This document shows positions 48,596-58,113 of a stretch of DNA of 64,000 nt, in pieces. How positions within the stretch are numbered: the stretch's first letter is position 1; the number at the start of each line of letters is the position of its first letter. The notes under the pieces were generated by a model. It was not told the DNA's origin. It searched no databases and saw only the letters and a program-made list of their open reading frames with translations. This DNA is from an uncultured Candidatus Saccharibacteria bacterium (lineage in GTDB: Bacteria > Patescibacteriota > UBA1384 > CAILIB01): NCBI GenBank assembly GCA_964593885.1, contig CAZQKK010000002.1, positions 286,990-350,989 of the forward strand, given 5' to 3'. The translations under genes and the position numbers were made by a program.

Positions 48596-49618
48596 TTAAG
48601 TGAGCTGGAGGAGCGATAGTACCAAGCCGGCGGCACAACCCACCGCTGAGATTACCCAGAACCTCATGGTCACCTTTGTCTCTGGCCAGCCAATAGCCTC
48701 AAAGTGGTGGTGAATGGGGGCCACCAAAAATACCTTTCGCTTGAATACCTTCTTTGAGAATATTTGAATCACCGTTGAGGCTCCTTCAAGGAATGGGATG
48801 AAGAGAATGAAAGGAAGGAGTACCACTGAGTTGGTGAGGAAAGCCAAAATGGGGAGCGTCATCCCCAACGCCATACTTCCGGTATCCCCCATGAAGAACC
48901 GTGCGGGATTAATGTTGAACCAGAGGAAGGCCAGGAGCGAGCCAAGCATGGTGGCGCAGAAAATGGCCAGGTGCACCTTCCCCTGTGAGAGGGAGATGAA
49001 GGTGAAGACAAAGAAGGCAAACATACCCACTCCCCCAGCGAGACCATCAAGGCCGTCTGTTTGGTTCATACTGAAGCCAACAAAAATAACGGTGAGGATA
49101 AAGAGCGGTACGTACCACCAGCCAATCACGAAGCTTCCAAGTCCTGGGATACCGAGGGTGTTCCAGCCCAGCTTCTCGTAGAACCACCAAGATCCTACTA
49201 CTGCAACCGCGGCGTAGATGATGAACTTATGCCAGAACCGGAGGCCTCCCCCATTTGATCCTTTCCCCATCACATTCATGATGTCATCTACTGCCCCAAT
49301 AAAGCCTGCACAGACGAGGGTAAAGAGCGGGAGGTACGTCTCTCCCCTATCAAGGTTGAAGGCGAGGGTGAAAATTGCCGTGGTTACCCAGAAAAGTAAC
49401 CCTCCTCCTACCGGTGTCCCTGCCTTACTGGCATGGAGCTTGGCAAATATGGGGACAGCCTTCCCATCAACGCCTGTTTGGCGAAGCTGCTTTCCTAAGC
49501 TATTACGGTAGAGGAAGTTGGTGAGGATGGGGGCGAGAATGAAAGCAACAAGAAAAGCTGCGGTGACGTTAAGGGTAACCTGGAGAACGTCTGAGGTAGC
49601 GATGGTAATGGCACTCAT
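48596..49618 (-). CDS. mraY: phospho-N-acetylmuramoyl-pentapeptide transferase
   Basis: 10-TM MraY with AGTPVGGG loop; ATG 49618 chosen, because the track start at 49681 overlaps murF by 44 nt. Confidence 0.85.
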   Translation of the reverse strand: MSAITIATSDVLQVTLNVTAAFLVAFILAPILTNFLYRNSLGKQLRQTGVDGKAVPIFAKLHASKAGTPVGGGLLFWVTTAIFTLAFNLDRGETYLPLFTLVCAGFIGAVDDIMNVMGKGSNGGGLRFWHKFIIYAAVAVVGSWWFYEKLGWNTLGIPGLGSFVIGWWYVPLFILTVIFVGFSMNQTDGLDGLAGGVGMFAFFVFTFISLSQGKVHLAIFCATMLGSLLAFLWFNINPARFFMGDTGSMALGMTLPILAFLTNSVVLLPFILFIPFLEGASTVIQIFSKKVFKRKVFLVAPIHHHFEAIGWPETKVTMRFWVISAVGCAAGLVLSLLQLT

Positions 49619-49637
49619 AGGAAAATTGAAGAGGTAG

Positions 49638-50903
49638 TTACTGCCAGAAAGCTCCCTGACGAACGAGGAGTTTCCCCGCATCTTCTGGTTTCGCCATGAG
49701 CTCTTTCACAATTCGCTCCAAGAACATACCGTTCTGCGAAGCTTTAATGTAGATAACATCGTGGCGATGCACCAGCTGAAAGAGATGGTCTTTGAGCTCA
49801 ACAGGTGTTGGGAAAGCAATCATCTGGGTGGGCGACATCCCCGCATCGCGAGCGGCGCGCAGCATATCGTTTGCGTACTTGCCTACAGCGATGAAGAAGG
49901 TAGCCCGCTTAGCAGCCTCTGCCGCAACCTCACGGTGTGAGTCTAGGGCGTACTCGCCAAGCTCATTCATACTACCAAGAATTGCTACCTTTCGCCGCTT
50001 TCCAGCGTAAGCTTCAAGCACCTGTAAACCAGCCTTCACCGCCTCGGGCGAGGAGTTTGCCGTATCGTCAATGATCGTCATCTCATTCTTGCCTGCGATG
50101 AGCTTTCCCCTTCCCGGTGGGAGGGTATAGTTTGCCACTCCCTTGTTGAGCTGCTTTACCTTCATGCCTAGGTCACTACCAACTGAGAGAGCTGCCAAAA
50201 TTGGAAGTACCTGGTAGTGCGCCAGCACGTGGGTCTGCACGGTTTCTTCCTCCTTGCCACTGGTGTAGCTGAGCTCCAACCCTTCGGCATTCATCTTGGT
50301 AGTTTTTGGAGATACACCAGCCTTTGCGCCTTTGCCATACCACTTCACGTTTGACACACCCTTAAGCTCTCGTACCTGGTGAGGGTCTTCAGCGTTGGCC
50401 AGAATCCAACCACCTTCTCTTAGGGTACTGTGGAGCCTCAGGGTTTCCCTCACCATCACCTCCTCGGTGCCGTACTGCTCCATGTGGACGGGAACAATGG
50501 TGCAGTAAACTGCTACATCGGGAGCGATCCTCGTCACAAGAAAATCAGTCTCCCCTTCAATATCTGATGAGTACTCAAGCACGTAGATAGGCTTATCTTC
50601 TGGCTTGTAGCGTGGTTTCGCTACCAGTGACCTGAAGATCACCTCAACCCAGCCAAATACCCCAGAAGGGGGATCTTGAAATCCTAAGAGTGAAAGGGGA
50701 ACACCACTATCGGTGGCAAGGTTACCAAACGTTTTCCTCACCGGCCTCCCGCTCTCAGCTAGTACCTCAGCGAGGGCTTCTTTCGTGGAGGTTTTCCCGA
50801 CACTCCCTCCAACCGCCACCACAAATGGCCTCTCACCCCGATATATCCGGAGTGCACCCATCCACATGGTTCTGATGATCAGGAACTTGAGAAAGCTTCG
50901 CAT
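49638..50903 (-). CDS. murF: UDP-MurNAc-tripeptide--D-Ala-D-Ala ligase MurF (short N-terminus)
   Basis: VAVGGSVGKTSTKE P-loop; GNLATDSGVPLSLL (cf. GNLNNEIGVPLTLL); C-terminal IIDDTANSSPEAV and VAILGSMNELG. Confidence 0.8.
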   Translation of the reverse strand: MRSFLKFLIIRTMWMGALRIYRGERPFVVAVGGSVGKTSTKEALAEVLAESGRPVRKTFGNLATDSGVPLSLLGFQDPPSGVFGWVEVIFRSLVAKPRYKPEDKPIYVLEYSSDIEGETDFLVTRIAPDVAVYCTIVPVHMEQYGTEEVMVRETLRLHSTLREGGWILANAEDPHQVRELKGVSNVKWYGKGAKAGVSPKTTKMNAEGLELSYTSGKEEETVQTHVLAHYQVLPILAALSVGSDLGMKVKQLNKGVANYTLPPGRGKLIAGKNEMTIIDDTANSSPEAVKAGLQVLEAYAGKRRKVAILGSMNELGEYALDSHREVAAEAAKRATFFIAVGKYANDMLRAARDAGMSPTQMIAFPTPVELKDHLFQLVHRHDVIYIKASQNGMFLERIVKELMAKPEDAGKLLVRQGAFWQ

Positions 50904-50911
50904 CTGAATCC

Positions 50912-52699
50912 CTAACGGTTAGTTGGCGGTATCTGGTAGTAATTCAAGAGGAAGTTTGCCACTCGTGCAAATAGTGGTACGGCAGTAGTCTCGGCAAACT
51001 GACCAACTTTTGCAATGTTTGGCTGGTCAACCTTGGTGAGCACCAGGAATTCTGGGTCATCTACTGGTCCAAACCCTACAAACGAGTGCACGTATGCATC
51101 AAGGTACCCTGGTCCCTCTGGATTTGGCACCTGTGCGGTTCCGGTTTTCCCCGCTATCTTGTAGCCGTTTACTGAAGCCCGCTTGTGCCCATGCTGCACT
51201 ACCGAGGTGAGCATAACTTTGAGCTGTTCAACCACCTCTGGCTTGAGAATTCTCGGCCCAACCTCTGGGGCAATTGCCTCGCGCTCCCCGTCTGCCCTCA
51301 CCACAGTTTTAACCACGTGTGGCTTCACCACGCTGCCGTCACCGGCGAGAGCGGTATAGCCCGTAAGCACCTGGAGAGGCGTGGTGGCGACACCCTGTCC
51401 GAAGGCAACCGTTGCGCGGTCAATTGCTTTCCATGAATTCACCGGTTTAAACGTACCAGCTATCTCATTCCTCAGGTCAATGCCGGTTCGCTTCCCAATC
51501 CCAAAGCTACTCAGGTAGTCGGCAACCATCTGGTTTCCCATCTTGTTTGCTAGCCATACCATCGCCACGTTGTCTGAATTTACGAGAACGTCGGTCATGC
51601 TCTCATCACCGTAAGCTCGTTTAAGAGCAGTATTGATGGTGTAGCCATCTACCACCACACTTCCTGGAAAGGTATCTCTCGTAGCTGGAGTAACTACCCC
51701 TTCATTAATAGCTGCCGCCATGACGAGTGGCTTAAAGATACTTCCCGGCTCCCACTGCTTGCTAATCGCTGGGTTATCAAACAGTCCAATCTGATCTTTT
51801 GCGATAGTTCTGAAAGCATTGGGGTCGTAGGCAGGGGTACTTGCCATACCCTGAATCTCCCCAGTTTTTGGGTTCATCACGATAATGCTTCCGCCCTTAG
51901 CCTCAGAACGCGCTACCTCCTCAGTAAGCTGCTGCTCCAGGTAGTACTGGATGTTCCTGTCTATGGTGAGCTCGTAGGTATTTCCATCTTCTCCCTTAAT
52001 GGATCCAGATTCACCGAGGAGGTTTCCAATACTGTCCTTCTCCAGCCTCACCTTTCCAATGAACCCTCTGAGCTCTTGGTCGTACTGTCCTTCAAATCCG
52101 TACTGGCCCTTTCCTCTATCGTCCACAAATCCCATGAGCTGACCCGCAAGCTGTCCCTCGGGGTAGACCCGTTGGTACTCACGCACAAAGAAGAACCCAT
52201 TAATTGAGTAGAGGATACCACCTTGGGCAGCATCAAAGTTGAGAACACGGGTGCTCCTATCTGGATCAATTTCCTGTGCAAGTTTGTTGAAAGCATCCTG
52301 GATATCTTCAAGCTGATCCTTAGTGAGACCATGGGCGAAAGGATCCATGTAGAGGCTATCGCGCTTGAAGCTGGTGAGGAGCTTCTCCCTATCCAGTTGG
52401 AGCATCGAGGCCAGGAGGTCTGCGTACCTTTCCTTGTCCTTGACGTTATTTGGCGTCGCCGAGAGTGCGTACCGTTCAACGCTCGTTGCTGCAAGGGTAG
52501 CCTTTCCAGCAGAAAGATCTTGGAGGTACACCGATCCACGCCGCGGCAGGACATCTCGCTCAACATTCTGCTGCTTCTCAGCTTGGGCAACGTGAACGCT
52601 GTGCTCGAGAACGCTGGTACTAAAAAGTTTGCCCACGAGTACGAGGGCAAAGGCGAGCATGATGATGGTAAAGAAGCGGATCCGACCAGACTCTACCAT
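50912..52699 (-). CDS. ftsI: class B PBP transpeptidase FtsI
   Basis: N-terminal TM anchor; SIFKP (SxxK), SDN, KTGT motifs. Confidence 0.85.
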   Translation of the reverse strand: MVESGRIRFFTIIMLAFALVLVGKLFSTSVLEHSVHVAQAEKQQNVERDVLPRRGSVYLQDLSAGKATLAATSVERYALSATPNNVKDKERYADLLASMLQLDREKLLTSFKRDSLYMDPFAHGLTKDQLEDIQDAFNKLAQEIDPDRSTRVLNFDAAQGGILYSINGFFFVREYQRVYPEGQLAGQLMGFVDDRGKGQYGFEGQYDQELRGFIGKVRLEKDSIGNLLGESGSIKGEDGNTYELTIDRNIQYYLEQQLTEEVARSEAKGGSIIVMNPKTGEIQGMASTPAYDPNAFRTIAKDQIGLFDNPAISKQWEPGSIFKPLVMAAAINEGVVTPATRDTFPGSVVVDGYTINTALKRAYGDESMTDVLVNSDNVAMVWLANKMGNQMVADYLSSFGIGKRTGIDLRNEIAGTFKPVNSWKAIDRATVAFGQGVATTPLQVLTGYTALAGDGSVVKPHVVKTVVRADGEREAIAPEVGPRILKPEVVEQLKVMLTSVVQHGHKRASVNGYKIAGKTGTAQVPNPEGPGYLDAYVHSFVGFGPVDDPEFLVLTKVDQPNIAKVGQFAETTAVPLFARVANFLLNYYQIPPTNR

Positions 52700-52708
52700 G
52701 GGTGGGAC

Positions 52709-53098
52709 TTAGTTACCGGTTGAAACTCCTGCTACCTCCCCTTTTTCAACAAACTCTGCATCTTTAATTGGCTGCATTCCCTCTTTGCTGGCGGTGTTCT
52801 GAATTTCTTGGATGGTTTGGGCGCGCTTGGCTTCAAGTTTCAGCTGTTCAATCTCCTGCCCAACCTTTCCCACCTCTTTCCTAAGCTGGTTCTGGGTGTA
52901 GGCTTCGGTTGAACTTGAGCTTGAACGGGTGAGCATCACCACGGCGAGAACTACCAAGATGAGCATGCCAAAGTAGCGCGCAGCCATTGGACCAAATGTT
53001 ACCTTGCGGGTGTTGGTTCGAATAGTTTGACGCGCAACAGGTCTCCTACTTGCTACTACGTATCCTCGAGTTTTGGAATAGCGGGCTCGCATGATCAA
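52709..53098 (-). CDS. FtsL-like division protein (basic N-tail, TM, coiled coil)
   Basis: Position between mraZ and ftsI; single TM helix plus coiled coil; TTG/ATG start ambiguity. Confidence 0.5.
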   Translation of the reverse strand: MIMRARYSKTRGYVVASRRPVARQTIRTNTRKVTFGPMAARYFGMLILVVLAVVMLTRSSSSSTEAYTQNQLRKEVGKVGQEIEQLKLEAKRAQTIQEIQNTASKEGMQPIKDAEFVEKGEVAGVSTGN

Positions 53099-53118
53099 AT
53101 CCTCCTAACGTGCAGTAC

Positions 53119-53550
53119 TTAGATGCCGATTTCTTTGAGCGCCTGGCTAAAGTCTGCTGTCCCCTGGTCAATGCCACCCTGGTACTGATCCCACAGCTTG
53201 CTGTCCCATACTTCGATATGGCTGTGGAGTCCGGCGAGAGTTACATTTTTTTGTAAGGAAGCAAACTGCCTAAGGTACGGTGGCACAACCACCCTCCCGG
53301 CTTTATCCAGTTCTACGTCTACCGCACCGGCTAAGGTTTGGCGAACATAGGCGCGAGCGTTTGGATCACTCTGAGGGAGCGATGCCAACTTCGTCGCAAT
53401 CTCAACCCAAACTGAGGCAGGATATAGTTTGAGGGAGCCGTCAAACCCCTTGGTAATAACGGCTCCATCGGCCAACTTCGGACGCCACTTCACCGGAACC
53501 TGCAACCGTCCCTTGTCGTCAATGTTGTGATTGTGTTCACCAATGAACAT
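53119..53550 (-). CDS. mraZ: transcriptional regulator MraZ
   Basis: Duplicated MraZ fold with DDKGRLQVP and a second DKAGRVVVP motif. ATG 53550 (MFIGEHNHN...) chosen, because the track's GTG 53592 would overlap the repeats below. Confidence 0.8.
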   Translation of the reverse strand: MFIGEHNHNIDDKGRLQVPVKWRPKLADGAVITKGFDGSLKLYPASVWVEIATKLASLPQSDPNARAYVRQTLAGAVDVELDKAGRVVVPPYLRQFASLQKNVTLAGLHSHIEVWDSKLWDQYQGGIDQGTADFSQALKEIGI

Positions 53551-53587
53551 CAAGGTGTGGTTACTGGCTAGATGGTGAAGTAGTCGC

Positions 53588-53614
53588 CCCACTTTGCCCC
53601 ACTTTTTCCCACTT
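53588..53614 (-). promoter_or_regulatory. candidate MraZ operator: three direct AAGTGGG (plus-strand CCCACTT) repeats at exact 10-bp phasing
   Basis: CCCACTTTGC CCCACTTTTT CCCACTTCTC on + (AAGTGGG x3 on the mraZ strand), between the putative mraZ promoter and its start codon. This matches the reported GTGGG/TGGGN 10-bp-spaced MraZ boxes. Confidence 0.5.
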
Positions 53615-53621
53615 CTCGCCT

Positions 53622-53650
53622 AGTATGCGACTAGTTTAGGAAGGTGTCAA
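53622..53650 (-). promoter_or_regulatory. putative dcw-cluster promoter TTGACA-17-CATACT
   Basis: On the - strand, TTGACA (53645-53650 on +) and CATACT (53622-53627 on +) with a 17-nt spacer, just upstream of the MraZ-box repeats. Confidence 0.45.
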
Positions 53651-53798
53651 CACATCTGCACCACAAAAAAAGCCGACTCCGTGAGGAGCCGGCTTTTCGC
53701 CAGGTCTAGAAACCTAGTTTGTTTCGTCTGTGGCACTCCCTTTACCTGTAAGTATTGAAATCCCTGCGGACAGGAGCGAGAAGATGTAGAATGAGACT

Positions 53799-56700
53799 AT
53801 GACGGTTGAGCACCTCAAATTAGAAACCGACGAAACCCCTCTCGCACACATTGAAGAAGGTTCTACTTCTCGTGATCAAACTCAACTGGATGAAACTCAG
53901 ATTGAAGATGAAACTCCGCAGGAACGCGAACTCAAGAGGCTCAACGCAATAGTTGAAGAAAAGCTTGCGGTCTTCGCTCAGCAGGAAATTCTCACCCCAG
54001 CAGCCACTCCTCCTACCAAAGTTGCTCATCGTTCGCTCCCCGATCGACTCGCTGGTGTTCCTATTCGTGATAAAGAGGTCATCCCCAGGAAAGAAAGCAC
54101 CACAACACACCTTGCCCGAACCTACCGGTTTCGAAAGCACAGAATCAAAAAAGGATCTGAGGCAGAGCAGCTAGCTTTCCAGCTCACCGGTGTTGCGGTG
54201 GATAGAGACTTTGAGGAACTTAAGCAAAACTCCCCTCACTACAAACGAGATCTACAAAAACTCATTAGTAAAGGCTACAAGTATTCCTATTCCCGCGAAG
54301 AAAGTTGGCACCAAGAGAAGCCATTTGAGCCCACAGACAACTTCTTAAAGTACGAGGAGCGTGAGTTGAAAGATTCCGAGCTCACGAATATCCCTAAAGT
54401 TGCTGATCAGGTAGAAAACAGTACCGAAAAAATCAAACTCCTCAGCAGCTTCGGGTTAAGCGAAGCAATCCTAACCTCTCTCGACAGGCGCAGAAGCTAT
54501 GCCGGTGAAGATAGACTCGCGGAACTTGTTTCATTCCTCAATACCGAGGAGAGTATCGCACTGGTACGAAAGCTAGTGTCGCATGGCATTTCCTTTAACC
54601 ACATCAATTCGGGGAATAGCTACAACTCTGATGCAAACCGTTTTAGCACTATTGCAGAGGTACTCGCTGATGCTTCTGAAAACATTCTCCCTGTACTTGA
54701 AGCTGGATCAAACCACATTGCAGAGGCAAGAAAGCTTTCTGAACTAGACCAGGAGAACGGTAGCTTCACCCTCTTCATGAATCTCCTCAAGTTCTTTAAC
54801 GAGGGTGGATCACCTGAAGAGCTAGCGAGTATGTCTACCTACATTAGTACCCACCCACCGCGAGATTATAGGGGTGAGTTAGAGCCTCAAATGAAACTTC
54901 GTGAGCTCACCCAAACTTCTCTCCAGCACACTCAAGCTCTCAAGCAGGTGGGGCTCTTTGAAGAGTTCTTAGCCGCCCAATACCTCTATGCCTCCCTACC
55001 TCTCTATGGTTCAGGTGATTTTCAGGATCTCACCCACTTCCTCACCGAAGTTGCAGACGGAAGATTTGGTACCCGAGATGAGGTAGCAGCAAGCATCAAA
55101 CGTTATGCTGCCGTTACCGGCGAGCATACGCTCTCACCTCGTAGTGCACACAGCTTTCTCTACCAGCTAGACAATGAGCCAACACTCATCCCAGCGCTCG
55201 TTGCCTGCAGTGAGTTGAAAGCTGCTGGAGCCTTAGAAGGAGATGACCTATTCACCGCTGCAAACCTTGCACCCTATGTTACTAATCCAAACTGGGTTGC
55301 TACCTACACCAACATCCATGCATTTGCCGCAGAGACCGTCAGTAAGCGAACAAGCAGACCGATCTTAGAGAATATTAGGCAACTTTCGGAAAAACCTGAG
55401 GTTATCGAGCGCGTTACCAGTGAGCCTTTCTGTCACTTTATTACCCCAGGCTACCAAAATCAGTACACAAACATTGAGGACCTCAATCACTACACGAGGC
55501 TACCTAATGCAGAAGTTGCTGCAAGAGCAATTCTTAAACGTGTTAGCAACACTCACGAGAGATACAAAGAACTCTCAACCTACTCCCAGGAAGTGTACCG
55601 TAACCCAGATGTGTTCTCTGATCCGGAAATTACTGAGGCTCTCATCTCCCACCCGTACTATAACCTTGCCACTGATGGTATCAACGCCTACTTCAAGGAT
55701 GCGGGACAAACACCCGAAACCCTGAAAACGTGTCTTGATTACATGGAAACGTTTGGCGTAGTAACTGCAGGTAATATCCTGAAACTCAACGCAAACCCTG
55801 ATGGAAAGCAGTACGGCGAACTTGTTGCAGGCTACCTTGCAACTCATGGAAAAGAGCAAGCCGATACCCTCTACAGCAACTTTGCCCAGGCATTCATCCC
55901 TCATGCCACCACAGAGGCACACCTAGAAAGGATTCTTGCCATCTTTAATCGAAGACTCCCAGGTGATTTCGTCATGAACAACAGGGAGCTCCTCCTAGAA
56001 GTTCCCGGTGAGAAGTTTGAAACGTACCTCAATGTCAGCGAGAGACTCAGATCTTCTTGTTGCCAAGAGCTCATCCGGGTTGAGAACGAGCTCATGCCAG
56101 TAGTGCTCGCAAGTGATAATCCTATGGCAGCCTACGAGAAAATTGAAAAGGTATTCCTCCGCAACAACCTTCCCTACCTTGGGAAAGCTTACAGCGTTTT
56201 CAACATTCTCTACCCACCAGCAGTCCTCAACGGCAAGCTCAACGAGAAGAGCAGCCCCGTACTGCAAAAGGCCTCAACTCGTGAGCGCTACCACATCCTC
56301 TACAATGATCTGGTCAAGGTGCAGGTTGCCTCAGGAAACCGTTCACTCGAAAACTACGCATCGCTCCTCGCCCAATACGAAGGAGTACTCACAACTGCGG
56401 AAGAAAAAAGCTTCGAAAACCTGTCTGAAGAAGAAACTACTCAGCTTCGTAACTTTGCCGAAATGCTAGGGGTACTCTTTGATAACAGTACCTACAAACG
56501 AATGTTCTCAGAAGCTGGTACATCCGAGACTTCACAAGTAGACCTCAGGGACAGCCTCAACCAGCTCCGCCAAGACCTAGGGGTACCAGAAGGCGGAAGC
56601 ATTATCCAGCGCCTCCACGAGATGTTCCTTCGCGCGAGCAACTCCGCCAACTTCTCCGAGTTAGCCGCCGCCATGCGGGAATCACGCCAGACTGCTGACG

Positions 56701-58112
56701 CAAAGAACCGTAGTTTCAGCCAAGAACATCGCAAGCTTGGCGTCCTTGGCGAAGGCACGCTCGTCAAAGGTTTCAGCGCTGCTCACATCTCGAGCATCCT
56801 CCAAAACGGTTCTGTGGCAAAAGAATTCCTTGGTGGCGGATCCAGTTCTGACATGACCCCCCTGGATACCGACCTTGAGATGATCCATCCTAGTGAAGAA
56901 TCCTCAGATGGTGCCCGGGTGCTTTCGCGTTCAAAGATGGCAAGTGGTTACGGCGAGCTAAAGATGTTCATGTCAGAGCCTCCTGAAGGCTACGAGCTCT
57001 TCGAAACCCTAGGAGCAGGCCACATGGGGATTAGAACAGGCTTTCCACTCACCATGATCGATGGCTTAATCTGCAGCGATGACCCTATCCACCCAAGTGT
57101 GATGGACTACAAGGTAGCTATCACTGAAAATGGCTACTACATCCCAATCTACTCGGAAGATGGCAGCCTCATTTTCACACCAGAGGAGTTTGACAACCTC
57201 AAGCAAGCATACCGAGGCCTCAAGCGTTTCAACGCCCCTCCACTTGAGCCGCAGCGCGGAGCTTTCATTACAGACAGCTCTACCCCTGGTGAGCTCATGA
57301 AAGATCAGGAACAGGTTTCTCAAACTTTCAACTCCATTCAAGCGACAATCAGCGAGATCCTGACAAGGCACGGGGTAACCCTCAGGTCTCAAGATGACCA
57401 CAGTCTCACCGGAGCAGAGCTTGAGAGTACCGGTTCCACCGGTAGAGGCACCAACAAACCTGGTGACTACGACTTTGACCTCTCGCTGAGGCTCGACCCC
57501 CTCGATTTCCAGAAACTCACCGCAGCAGATATCACCCAGGAACTCCGCGATGCCTTCAATCCGGAATCAGAGATGAACAGCAATCCGGGCGATGCCACCA
57601 CCCAGTACCGTTTCTTTGGCGCAAAGGTAGGTGAAGTTACTGCCGATATCGACATAGCGTTTACCCAGAAATCTGAACTCCAGCTCTTTGCCACCCACCA
57701 GGCAATCCAGGAGCGTCTCTCGTCTATTGCAGACCCAGGAATACGCAGCCAAGTTGCATCAGACATTATCTGGATAAAGAAGCAGCTCTCTGAAAGAAAC
57801 GTATACAAAAAGGGCAACCACGCAGGTGATGAAAACCAAGTTGGAGGTCAGGGTGGTTTGGGAGGTGTCGGAGTAGAAACCTGGATCCTCAACCACAACG
57901 GCTCTACCCGAGAAGCTATGGCAAGTTTTGCCTCAGCAGCTTACAACCCAGATGGCACCCTTAAGCCACTTGAAGAGTTCCAGGTAGCCTACCCAATCAT
58001 TGATGCCGGAGTGAACCTCCGCAACAAACGCCACGACAACTACGTGAGAATTCTCTCAGAAGAGAGCTACGCAAAGATGGCAGCCTTCTGCCGGGACATG
58101 GTGAGAAGATAA
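53799..58112 (+). CDS. giant hypothetical protein (1437 aa) with C-terminal Pol-beta-superfamily nucleotidyltransferase-like domain
   Basis: Single uninterrupted ORF; acidic N-terminus; no Walker A and no TM helices. Near the C-terminus, GSTGRGTNKPGDYDFDLSL (GS-x9-DhDh) and about 50 aa later TADIDIAF form the NTase fold catalytic signature. A Gly-rich segment GGQGGLGGVGVETWIL follows. Confidence 0.6.
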   Translation: MTVEHLKLETDETPLAHIEEGSTSRDQTQLDETQIEDETPQERELKRLNAIVEEKLAVFAQQEILTPAATPPTKVAHRSLPDRLAGVPIRDKEVIPRKESTTTHLARTYRFRKHRIKKGSEAEQLAFQLTGVAVDRDFEELKQNSPHYKRDLQKLISKGYKYSYSREESWHQEKPFEPTDNFLKYEERELKDSELTNIPKVADQVENSTEKIKLLSSFGLSEAILTSLDRRRSYAGEDRLAELVSFLNTEESIALVRKLVSHGISFNHINSGNSYNSDANRFSTIAEVLADASENILPVLEAGSNHIAEARKLSELDQENGSFTLFMNLLKFFNEGGSPEELASMSTYISTHPPRDYRGELEPQMKLRELTQTSLQHTQALKQVGLFEEFLAAQYLYASLPLYGSGDFQDLTHFLTEVADGRFGTRDEVAASIKRYAAVTGEHTLSPRSAHSFLYQLDNEPTLIPALVACSELKAAGALEGDDLFTAANLAPYVTNPNWVATYTNIHAFAAETVSKRTSRPILENIRQLSEKPEVIERVTSEPFCHFITPGYQNQYTNIEDLNHYTRLPNAEVAARAILKRVSNTHERYKELSTYSQEVYRNPDVFSDPEITEALISHPYYNLATDGINAYFKDAGQTPETLKTCLDYMETFGVVTAGNILKLNANPDGKQYGELVAGYLATHGKEQADTLYSNFAQAFIPHATTEAHLERILAIFNRRLPGDFVMNNRELLLEVPGEKFETYLNVSERLRSSCCQELIRVENELMPVVLASDNPMAAYEKIEKVFLRNNLPYLGKAYSVFNILYPPAVLNGKLNEKSSPVLQKASTRERYHILYNDLVKVQVASGNRSLENYASLLAQYEGVLTTAEEKSFENLSEEETTQLRNFAEMLGVLFDNSTYKRMFSEAGTSETSQVDLRDSLNQLRQDLGVPEGGSIIQRLHEMFLRASNSANFSELAAAMRESRQTADAKNRSFSQEHRKLGVLGEGTLVKGFSAAHISSILQNGSVAKEFLGGGSSSDMTPLDTDLEMIHPSEESSDGARVLSRSKMASGYGELKMFMSEPPEGYELFETLGAGHMGIRTGFPLTMIDGLICSDDPIHPSVMDYKVAITENGYYIPIYSEDGSLIFTPEEFDNLKQAYRGLKRFNAPPLEPQRGAFITDSSTPGELMKDQEQVSQTFNSIQATISEILTRHGVTLRSQDDHSLTGAELESTGSTGRGTNKPGDYDFDLSLRLDPLDFQKLTAADITQELRDAFNPESEMNSNPGDATTQYRFFGAKVGEVTADIDIAFTQKSELQLFATHQAIQERLSSIADPGIRSQVASDIIWIKKQLSERNVYKKGNHAGDENQVGGQGGLGGVGVETWILNHNGSTREAMASFASAAYNPDGTLKPLEEFQVAYPIIDAGVNLRNKRHDNYVRILSEESYAKMAAFCRDMVRR

Positions 58113-58113
58113 A

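Noticed and set aside
52048-52650. 200-aa reverse-strand ORF inside ftsI (and 52223..52723 on +)
   Set aside because: Overlaps the conserved PBP gene in another frame; no motifs; shadow ORFs.
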